DNA of 64,000 nt from Azolla caroliniana (taxonomy: Eukaryota > Plantae > Polypodiophyta), in contig JBHGNT010000007.1 of the NCBI GenBank assembly GCA_043228905.1, forward strand, positions 20,770,001 through 20,834,000. The letters are read 5' to 3'. Of the stretch, positions 13,101 through 23,504 are shown in pieces. The translations under genes and the position numbers were made by a program. The first letter of the stretch is position 1, and each line of letters starts with the position of its first letter. The notes under the pieces were generated by a model. It was not told the DNA's origin, ran no database searches, and saw nothing but the letters and a program-made list of their open reading frames with translations.

Positions 13101-14239
13101 CTAACTAATTAGCTATCATGGTAGTAGCTATTGAGAGTAGCCAGTTACCTATGTAGTAGCTATCATAGTAACTAATTAGCTATCATGGTAGCTAATTAGC
13201 TTTCCTAGTAGCTAATTAGCTGGTAATAACGAAATAGCTAACTAGCTACCATGATAGCTAACTAGCTAGCAGTACAGCTAATTATCTGGTAGTACCTAAA
13301 TTAGCTATTGAGAATAGCTAATTAGCTATCATGGTAGTAACTATTGAGAGTAGCTAGTTACCTATGTAGTAGCGATCCTAGTAGCTAACTGAGGTAAATG
13401 TAACTGATAAGCTAATTAGCTTTTCTGCTAACTGAGCTAATTAACTTTCCGAGTAGAGTCAAAACAAATGTTGAGATAAATGTAAATACCTGAGGTACAT
13501 CAAGAAGATGAATGGGATGCTCCTCGTATTGATTTCTTCCAACACGTTTCCTGCATAAATCCTTTTTATTGGGTGAAACCCTACTCTCATTAGTCCAAAA
13601 CATTGTGATTACATCCTTGATTTCAAATGTTATGGGTGTCATTGGCTTACATCTTGTAGTTAGCTTTAGTAGACGAGTTCCTTCACCCGAGGAAATTATA
13701 CAGTTCATTGTATTGTACACTGTTTTTCTACTAACACCAATTACCTTAGATAGCTCACTGATGTTTATATCGTCAACATCACTATTAAGTAACATCATTA
13801 GACTAGACCTTTTTAAGACAAGATCATCTTCTGACCTGCTCATGGATACGAAACTATTACGAAGATTATTTACTAAAATAGATGATATGTTTGCATTAAG
13901 ACCATCACAATCAACTAAGTCCTTTATCGATGGATCATTACATATTCCATAAAGTACTACCTTCTTTTCTTCATTGCTGATGTGCTTGGTTTGAACATTG
14001 AAATAGTCTACAACCTTTCTCTCTATGATGGTAGTCGCATTACTTACATTCTCAGCTAAACTATCCTTACCTTTACTGAGTGTGGCTTTCGTATCCTTCA
14101 ACAATTGACGATGTTTCCTTTTTTTTTCTGCCCAATAGTTTCGTATGGCTTGTTGTGTCCTGATAACATCATCCCTATCCTTATGATCATTGAGGGGTAA
14201 TTCTAAACACCCTTCTTCCCCTTCCATTTGGCTAGACAT
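10172..14239 (-). pseudogene. Sola2-like DDD transposase, two exons, about 863 aa, one premature stop
   Basis: Exons 14239-13490 and 12013-10172 join in frame (DVPQ|VDLF). Motifs VVDFAENY, WSDGAASQFK, FFGSGHGKGEHDG and Cys-rich segments. TAG at 11339-11341 in FKQ*NEIQSMHW. Confidence 0.88.
12045..13445. repeat. Second TAGCTAATTAGCTA array (regular 20-bp period) in the transposase intron
   Basis: Directly visible; lies inside intron 12014-13489. Confidence 0.97.
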
Positions 14240-14572
14240 GTTAAAACCCTAAATTTCCAGAAAAAAAAACAAGTATTAAAGATGGCTATGGGCAACGACA
14301 ATACACAAAAATATTCCACACAATACACAAGATTAGACACAACAATACACAAGATAATCAATAGACAGAAAAGTTATTGCAATCCAAGACCGAACAGTAG
14401 AGGATTTCACTCTGTTGGATCCAACAGTTGAGGAGGCGATCCAAGACCGACCAATGGCAACAACTGAGTGTAGAATGTTGCCGTTGGATGAGTGAACTCC
14501 GTCAAATCGAAATGTGGAAGCAATCCGGGACGGGACAGTAGTGGCAACTGAGTATAGAATGATGGCAATGGA

Positions 14573-15308
14573 GGAGAGAACCCCGTCAGATTGAACAGTT
14601 ACCGATGATGCTTGAAACGCACATAGAAGGCACTTGAGAATAGAGTGGCATAGAGAAGAGAACCCCGTCAGATTGAACAGTTACCAATGATGCTTGAAAC
14701 GCACAGTAGCGGCCCCTGAGTGAGAGTGGAAAAGAGAAGAGAACCCCGTCAGATTGAACAGTTACCAATGATGCTTGAAACGCACAGTAGCGGCCCCTGA
14801 GTGAGAGTGGAAAAGAGAAGAGAACCCCGTCAGATTGAATAGCTCTTTGATTATGCTTGGAACGCACAGTAGCAACCCCTGAGTGTAGAGTGGCAAAGAG
14901 AAGAGAACCCCGTCAGATTGAACAGCTCTTTGATGATGCTTGGAACGCACAGCAGCGGCCCCTGAGTGTAGAGTGGCACAGAGAAGAGAACCCCCTCAGA
15001 TTGAACAGCTCTTTGATGATGCTTGGAACGCACAGTAATGGCCCCTGAGTGTAGAGTGGCACAGAGAAGAGAACCCCCTCAGATTGAACAGCTCTTTGAT
15101 GATGCTTGGAACGCACAGTAATGGCCCCTGAGTGTAGAGTGGCACAGAGAAGAGAACCCCGTCAGATTGAACAGCTCTTTGATGATGCTTGGAATGCACA
15201 GTAGTGGCCCCTGAGTGTAGAGTGTCACAGAGAAGAGAACCCCGTCAGATTGAGCAGCTCTTTGATGATGCTTGGAACGCACAGTAGCGGCCCCTCAGTG
15301 TAGAGTGG
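14573..15308. repeat. Tandem array of about nine 83-bp units upstream of the inner transposase
   Basis: Unit GAGAACCCCGTCAGATTGAACAGCTCTTTGATGATGCTTGGAACGCACAGTAGCGGCCCCTGAGTGTAGAGTGGCACAGAGAA. Confidence 0.95.
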
Positions 15309-15716
15309 CGGCAGGTGGACTCGATAGGGTTTAGCAACAGTGGTAGCAACTAACCCACAGTACTCAACTAGAGATGGCCTACGTGATGTGGCAAAGGATC
15401 ATGCATAATGGACCTAGGAATTCGATATATAATTTATGGTACACATTTATGGTGCACACATCAATTTATGTTGCACATTTATGGCACTCATTTACATATG
15501 TAATTAAAACACTCTAGTATTTTCAATGGTAGTTTTTTGCATACTTAATTTATTAATGATGGCTTTTTACTAAAATGACTATTTATCAATGGTAGCTTTT
15601 TGCATAGCTAATTAGCTATGTCAAGGACATAGCTAATTGTTTCCACTCGCATGCTTTCACCCACAAGCGGAATGTAGTTACACTTAATAGCCAAATATAC
15701 ATTCATGATCACTCCT

Positions 15717-18475
15717 TTATGGAGAATCACTACTATAACTAATATACAATGACGATTCCTCCTCCTCATCCTCAGATGTACCAATCAATGCATTATCTTC
15801 GTCATAAACCAAATGGTTTGACTCTAGATTATATGTAGCAGATCTCGTTTGCCTTTGACTCGAGCCACCTTGTAGACCTCGTAATTTTTCTTTTATTATA
15901 TCTATTGTTGACTTCCTTAATCGTCCGGCTTTTGTAAGTGTGAAGTTGTACACGATGATATCCACATCAGAGATATCAAGGGTCGAGGTGTTACGAATGT
16001 TTCGCTTCCTCTTCCTACCTCCCCTTCTTGTTGGGCATTCAATCAAGCATTTGCACTTCTAGTGTTGTACCAATGAACATTTATAGACTTGATCGTGTTT
16101 TCTATTTCATGCATTAGCAATTCTAGAATTTTACCAACCCAAAATTGGTGGCCATGTGAGTTCTCATCAGCCGGCGTTGCAATCAACATACCCGCGGTGA
16201 GCTCTTGCAAATTGCCTTGCCATCTAGCTTCGGCTGCTTTGGTCATCCTTGGTCCCACATAAATGTCTCTTTGTTGTGGATGGACTAAGCTATCATTAAT
16301 CGCATTTACTAGTTGCTCCGGAGTTCTATTTACGCGATCATTTTGCAGCGACCATGTGCATGGCGTTTCCAAATTTGAATTATCAACAGATACACAATTG
16401 TCTATAATTTCTTTCTGATCACTATAAAATACATCCCACCATGACGTGTCTTGTTGTGCGGCATATTTCTTGGCGGCCTCAATATGCTTTCTTTTTTCTT
16501 CTAAGGCTTGGAGCCATGAGCGTTTTTGTTCAGATACCAAGTCGCTCTGCAACTGTCCTTTCTTCTCAATTGGCATTTGCTTAGCTCCATGGACAATTGT
16601 ACTCGGCATACAAAGTAATAATTGGCAACCACCTTCAGGTTCCCATGTTGTAGAAGATGAATATTGTTTAGCATACAAAAGTGTAGAACCACTTATTCCA
16701 TTTTTCTTTATCATAAAAATGTGATTGAAACTTATATTGTTTAACTGAGCAAGCACTTTAACATTCCCACCACCCCCATCTGATATATATCTCTTAAAGT
16801 CATATACCTCCTTCAAGTGTAACACTTTTGGGCGTGGTGTATATGCATCACAAATGACATCAAATAGTTTAGGTAAAGTGAAAGCATCAAGCCGAGACAA
16901 CTGTCTGGAGAATGTGCTAAACATCTTATCTATATGGTCATGTGTGTGGCCAACCAAAAGGAAATTGACTTTCACTTTCCTAAACAATTCTTGGTTGACC
17001 AACATACTTAGATAGCCAAATACAGTTGAATTTTTGTTCTCTCTAGCAGTATGGTCCAATTGAATGTATAGAACAGGGGGGAAAGGTTGGCCCCAAGACA
17101 TCAAAACTCGATGAATGACTGTAACTGTTAGGTTAGGGTCATTGTGAACATTGGGGTAAGTAATGAAGACATGAGGTCGAACAGACCTATTATAAGCCAA
17201 GCATCCCACCAAGTGCCTTTGAACAAGGCACTCATCATTGACATCTTTGGGGAGCCGCCGCATATGTGGCAAGCATGTCTTCTTCTGGTCCATGCCATCT
17301 ATCATTAAGCACATGTATTGTTCGGGCCTCTTCAAACACTTCTCTCTATGATGCATCACCTTCTTTCGTTCTAAGGATTGTGCCTCACGATGCTCTTGTA
17401 GTAACTTCTTACTCATATCCTTTTCCATTGATGTCTTTGCACCTTTAGCCAAACTTTTAAGATTTGCACAAATGGAGCAATACCCCATATGTACTTTACG
17501 AGGAATAATAACATTTGAAAACCGAGCTCTCCATAATCTTGTGAATTGGCTATAGGTGATAGACTTATTACGTGAGCCCAACATATCAGATCGATAGACA
17601 TCATAAACTTCCCGACGTGTATAATTATCACAAAGGTGCATCCTACTTGTAGTGGGCATTACTTCACAATTTAACTGAAAGTAAGTTTTCATTCAACCAA
17701 TAGCATGTCTTCCAATTGCACCTTTCATACTTGGAACCTCTTTACAATTGAGCATCTGATCCCCGCTAAGTAGACGTTGTTGTACTCTATGTAGCCGCAT
17801 GTTACTAACACATAATGCAATTTTGAATGTAACTCTACATATCTGTTGCGCATGGAAGATATAATACTCGAATGATACTTTGATCCCCATACATTTGTCA
17901 GATACTAGTTGCATATGTGACCCGAGGTAAGTGTCTTGCTCATCGCCGGTCATCGAAAAATAGTATCGCCTTAATTCTTGCAACTTTGATTTTCCAATCA
18001 TAGACATACAACCACGGGCACAACATATTTTTTTGACATCAAATCCAATCAGTTTATCTGATGTCACCAAGCTAAATCTAGCCAGACGAATTCTTCGTGG
18101 GATTCTTCTAATATGCATAAGGCTCCCAGATTTCTCTTCCTGCATAGAGGTTGGTGTAACCTTGTGACAATCTAATTCTCTGTTGTGACCATCGCCAATG
18201 TTATTCAATGTTTCCTTGGCACTACCTTCATTCTTCGTATCTTTATTAATATTATATTCTTCAATAGAGAACTCTTCACATGTGTCATTATTTACATTCC
18301 CTGTAGATGAGCTCAGACAATATTCTTCGATAGAATATGGTGAGTCTGTCGACAAACAATATTCTTCAATCGAATATGGTGACTCTGTCGACAAACAATA
18401 CTCTTCAGTAGAAAACGATGAGTTTGATGACAAACAATATTCTTCAATTGAGAACGGTGAATCTTCACTCAGGGC
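15717..18475 (-). pseudogene. Sola1-like DDD transposase of the outer element; one stop and one frameshifting deletion; start not located
   Basis: CSIC...H zinc motif, MIDGMDQ, YIQLDHTARENKN, FLLVGHTHDHID. TGA at 17693-17695; frame break near 16045; N-terminal SIEEYCLSTDSPY repeats. Confidence 0.88.
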
Positions 18476-18739
18476 TTAAGGTCTAGATAGGGCTCTATAA
18501 GTTATGTGCTTAGGGTAAAGAAAAAAACTAATAAGCTCCTCTCTAAACATAAACTTCTCTCTAAACAAAAGCCAAATCAATAGAATCTCTATATTATGTA
18601 ATATTATATTAATACAATACATAAAAATTATATTTTTAATAAAGTAATTGTCTTTAAAATATCAATTATTATTTAAACTACATCTATATGAAGTTAAATC
18701 AAGTATAATATAAATCTAATCATTACCAAGCCATAAATA

Positions 18740-19170
18740 TGTTGGATTAATGTTAAAATCATTGGCTAATTAATGGCACCCATATTTGATATAGAACCTC
18801 TCACTCATTGGTTCTTTAATGCTCGCCATTTTAAATATTAGACTTATCAATCATTGGTTAATTCATGCCCACATCTTTAATACATAGCATTTGAGAGTCA
18901 TAAAAATTGTTGCTTTTAGTAATCAATCATTGGTACATTCATGAACCTCTATCATTATCTCCTTCATGACCTTTGAAGTCATTGCAGGTTGTTATGACTA
19001 TAAAAGATTGATCAATATGTTAGTTTGACTTCGTAATCATTAATGCAGTCATAAGTTACTCTAGTTATTGTGACTGTGGTTACCAACTAACTATCCTCAA
19101 ACTTACCAACCTTGGTTAAGGTGACTATGGTTACTTTAACCAATGTGGCCAATCCCTATAAATAGGAAGA
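18740..19170. promoter_or_regulatory. Putative divergent promoter between transposase and methyltransferase
   Basis: ATTGG (reverse CCAAT) at 18761, 18807, 18853, 18929; CCAAT at 19149 and TATAAATA at 19157, about 140 bp before ATG 19300. Confidence 0.5.
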
Positions 19171-19299
19171 CCTCGTCATATTTCACTCACAAGAGCACCC
19201 AAGAGCGTATAGAGCGTACAGAGCACACAAATCACACAAAGCACATAGAGCACAAAGCACAAAAGCGCGATCTCCGCCTCCACTGCCACACGATCAACC

Positions 19300-22200
19300 A
19301 TGTCTTCAAAGAGAATCGAGCGCGAGGACTCCAGGTAGGCCTCTGACACTGGACATTTTTGTAAATATGTTTTGTCGCTCAAGAACTCGATACGGCGTAT
19401 CGAGTTCATATTTTTTTTTTGTTTTTTAAACAGGAACTCGATACGACGTATCGAGTTCCTGTTTAAAACCTACACTTTAAACACGAACTCGATACACCGT
19501 ATCGAGGTCCCGTTTAAAAACTAAACTTTAAACGGGAACTCGATACGCCGTATCGAGTTCCTGTGTTTCCTTTGCTTTTTAAACAGGAACTCGATACGCC
19601 GTATCGAGTTCCCGTTTAAAACCTAAGGGGGTACGTAAAGTGTTCCTTTCAGAAGACCTTTTAGTAAAGGAATCTTAAGGGCCAGAAGCGTTCAAAAAAT
19701 ATCTTGAAAGCTCACAAAACCTTATTGTGACCTTGAGGCCTTATATACAAGGTCATGTAACTCTAAGAGATGAAGTGCCCTCCCCATTGAAGGCCACAAA
19801 AAGGGTATCCAAAGTCCAGTCAAGACCACCAAAGAAGAAGACAACCAAAATGTCGGACACTGATTCAACAAGTGAAAACGAAGAGGAGGACAATAAGGGG
19901 ACACCAGGAGCTGAGCTGGCATCGGGTGTTTTGTCATCCGGGTAGAATAAGATAAGGAGAGAGTTAATGCAATGTAAACTGGTCAGGAAAGGGCAAGTGT
20001 TTAATTTGCCTATAACACACATCCATCGCCCCCCTATTGATGAAAAAATAGGTCGACGACCACTTGAGATTAGAGAGCCACACCGCATGCATGTTCAAAA
20101 TTTCAAGAAAAAAATGAAAATTAATCCTCATGCCACTGTGGTGCCTTTTATTGTTATGGTAGATCCTGAAGAATGTGAAACCATTGAAGATTTTGATATT
20201 AGAAAGCATGATCAATATAATTACTTTGTCATTGGTGGATCGCATTCAGTAGAGGCACGTCGGCAACTTGTCAGAGAACATCCAACGACTTTATTCTTCA
20301 AGTATGCCGAGTGCAAAATTTATGTTGGGCTCACAATCGAAGAGGCTAAGCTATTGGCATGGGACCATAATAATGATAATGACTATAGGCAGAAAATGTC
20401 GTCCATTGAGCGTATACGGTTCTTCCACCACGAGTATTTAGATGTGAAACAAAAGTTTGGTGTGAAGTTACATCCAGGCCTACGACGTCAATGTTTGCAT
20501 GAAGTCGGCATTGTTGTAGATGATAATGTTAAGTCCGATGGTCTTCGAAAATATGAGTCTTGGTTTCAATTGGCGTTTAGAGATGGAGAAGTATGGGACC
20601 TACAAGATCAAATCTTCTCAATGTGGGAGAATAAGGAGGTAAAGGGTCAACGACAAAAGAAATGTAAGGTTGACCCTCAACTAGAGTTAAAGTCACAAGC
20701 CGCCAAGAAAATTGACTTGACAATTGAAGAAGCGGCAGACGACATGAAGTTGTCTCTGTGGAGAGCGATGCAAGGTATTAAGGACGAGCAGCTTCTTGTG
20801 TCTGTTTTGTCAAGGGTTTTGGCGAAAGATTTAAGCCTTGAAGAAATGGTCACTGAGTTCAATAAGTAAGTCTTTCAAATACTGAAATTGTAGTTTATCT
20901 GGTGTAATTCAAAGTTCTAATCTTGATTTCTAATTTTACAGTCATAAGGTGTACATGAAGATCCAAGAAGTTATGATGAAACAACTTGGATGTATAACAT
21001 GGGAACAAGTGACCGAGGATTATTCTCTAACGTCTTCATATAAGGCGTTATCAGAGTATTTTATTGCATTCAAGGATTGGGTTAGTATTGATGGTTTTTC
21101 ATTACCCTTTCATCATATGTAGAGCTTGTATAATAATACTTGATGTCATATTGCTTCTATTAGAAACCGTGTCGAGGCAAGAAACAAGGAGAAGTTAAGG
21201 ATATACACGATTTCCCTACATCCTTCCTTGCACATCTCGAGCGAGCCAGAAAAGAAAAGGATCGTCGCTTAGTCAAGGCGTATGAAATGGAGGAAGATGG
21301 CTCCTTTAAAAAATTTAGCCACAGAAAAGATATTACGAGAGATCTTTACTACAATGTGGTTTGCCGTGATGACGTCGACTTGATCCAAAAGGTGCCAAAG
21401 AAGGAATATACGCTAATGATTGCGGATATTCCTTACGGATTTCGAATGGCTGGGTCATCATACGACGATGAACCGTTTAGGTTTAAACAATTGGAGAAGA
21501 TGGTCAAGGATTTCGCTGAGCTAACGACTGCATCCTTCTGGCGAATAGTTGTCTTTCATAGTATGGACCAAGGGTACTCGGTAGCTCAAGCTTTGAGATC
21601 TCGTTGCCATGGCATCGAGAACCTTGCATGGTAAGGATTATTTATAGGTGTCTTTCACTATATTGCATTTCTTAAGGTTGTTCAATCTATTCTTAACTCG
21701 ATGTATTATTTTTTATAGGATCAAGACCAATGTAAATAGAGGGCCAACTTTTCGGTTCGTTAATGCCATTGAATACATCATGGTTGGCTACTTCGATGAA
21801 ATTAAGAAACAGAGAATCAAGGAGCATTCTAATGAAGTGGAAGGTTCAAATCTGTTGGTATATCCAGCAGTGACACGGAAATTGCGACATGTCACCACGA
21901 CAGAACGGGGACTTGTCAACCCATATCAAAAACCTCAACGACTTATGATGCGCTTGATCGAGATGTTTTCTATCGAAGGAGACTGGATATTAGATCTCTT
22001 TTCTGGCACAGGTATTCCTCGAACTAGGGTAACGATCTTGAGATAACCAATCCCTTTTCTTTTCGTTTGACAACTAAATCTTCTTGTTACTTACATCACA
22101 GGAACGACATCTGCATGTGCATTGAAGCTCTTTAGAATTACAGTTACATTGGAGAAGGACGAGGACCAGGTTATATTTATTAATATGCGGATTAAGGCTT

Positions 22201-22454
22201 TGTGGGAGTGCCCAGACCAGGATGAGGAGGTCGGTGCAAAGAACCTCGCTAATACAGAAAGGTTTCAACCTGCTTCGCGAGAGCCTATTCCTCCGTTAGC
22301 CGGCGAACCGAGGGAGCTAATAGAGCTTGATGATGAGCTTATAGAAGATATTTCGTTGGCTCGGCTAATAGGGGAAGCCAATGCACGTATAGCCGAAGAG
22401 AGTTCTACACAAGATGATGAAGAAAATGACGTTGATGAATTGATTGCTATGTAA
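19300..22454 (+). CDS. ParB/Srx-like domain fused to a beta-class N6-adenine/N4-cytosine DNA methyltransferase (spliced; 5' part damaged)
   Basis: From ATG 19967, exons 19967-20865, 20942-21080, 21164-21630, 21719-22011, 22102-22454 give an open 716-aa frame. Motifs YFVIGGSHS (ParB GxH-like), IADIPYG, WIKTN, PYQKPQRLMMRLI, ILDLFSGTGTTS, LEKD. Probable exon 1 at 19300-19334; in-frame TAG at 19943-19945. Confidence 0.87.
19383..19611. repeat. Five 25-bp palindromes GAACTCGATACG-N-CGTATCGAGTTC at 51-bp period
   Basis: Starts at 19383, 19434, 19485, 19536, 19587; the third copy has two mismatches. Confidence 0.95.
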
Positions 22455-23504
22455 TAGACTCTATGAAGAAAATGACACTGACGATTTGTTAGGATTTCAC
22501 ATTATTCATACAAATTTTGGGTTTTACCTAGTGGATTTTATTCTTTATAATCTTCTATATGTTTCAATTTTATTTTTATATACTTGGTTAGTAGATTTAT
22601 GACATTGGTTTCACCGCGTGCATAGCTGACTACCAAATTTATGGAGAAACATGAATTAGTTTAAATTGAGGATGATTTTGGTCAAAGCTAACCTTAACAG
22701 AACATGGCCCTACAATTGTTGCCATGACTGTCCATGTTGTTATTATGGATCTTTGTCTTCTATTGTTAAAACTATTATGTTTCTATTCCATTGTTGCTTA
22801 GATTGTGTAGTGTGTTGATAATGGTTCCAGTTGCGTTATCGTTCGAAGTTTGATCCTGTGTGAATCACCTAAGCAATAGAGCAGATCAATTTTAAATATA
22901 GGTATGAAAGCCTAATAGGTTTGTTATTTCCACGACATTATCCTAAAGTTCACTGCCTTACATTGTCCACAATTATATACATATGGTTTGATCCCATATG
23001 AACAAACTGAGGAATAGATTAGATCAACTTTAAATACAAGTATTGAATACTTTAATAAGTTAGTTATTCCAATCACTTATCCTAATGTGCACTATCCTAC
23101 ATTTTCCACAATTACATACATGCACGTATGGGTCAAAGTATAAATTATAACTCATTTTATTAGTATGGATACAAGTACACCTGATATTTTTGTAAAACTT
23201 ACCTAATTAATATAAGTCTTTAAGTTAGTGTTTCCCTTGTCGCACAGTAGTGACATATTGAGCCATTGTTGAACTTTATTATGCCTACATTAACTTATCA
23301 ACGCGTCTAAACTTGCATGATTTCTAATGATCTCCACTCGTAGACCTATCATGTATTTTTATATTTGCAAATTCTCATCAAGTTGAGGAACATGTGATAC
23401 TAGTGCATCCAATTTTTGTAGAGAGGGTGTATTTGCTTCCTTTTAAGAAGATTCTACAAGTGGAATGCGCAATCCTTCCACTTGTGAACGCGAACGTGTT
23501 AAGG

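Larger units (their letters stand above)
3807..15662 (-). mobile_element. Sola2-like DNA transposon, 11,856 bp, nested in the outer element
   Basis: 25-bp TIR GGGTAAAAGCATGCGAGTGGAAACA (3807-3831; 15638-15662, one mismatch), 4-bp TSD ACAA (3803-3806, 15663-15666). GRG...CYC termini as described for Sola2. Confidence 0.9.
3498..23500 (-). mobile_element. Sola-like (probably Sola1) DNA transposon carrying a DNA methyltransferase gene; 8.1 kb without the nested insert
   Basis: Perfect 29-bp TIR AACACGTTCGCGTTCACAAGTGGAAGGAT (3498-3526 and 23472-23500), 4-bp TSD AAGG (3494-3497, 23501-23504), DDD-type transposase inside. Boundaries are firm; the superfamily label is less so. Confidence 0.9.

Noticed and set aside
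6128-13445. AGCT arrays as the target of the outer element's methyltransferase
   Set aside because: The arrays belong to a separate, later-inserted element; nothing in the sequence links them to the enzyme.
14586-15282. Series of 60-93-aa ORFs (MRSKHHQRAVQ...)
   Set aside because: By-products of the 83-bp tandem repeat.
19383-19611. CRISPR array (palindromic repeats with regular spacers)
   Set aside because: Linkers are AT-rich and resemble each other, no cas genes, eukaryotic intron context.
19300-22454. Bacterial contamination or restriction-modification operon
   Set aside because: The gene has spliceosomal introns and lies within TIRs inside a plant Copia; no partner nuclease seen.
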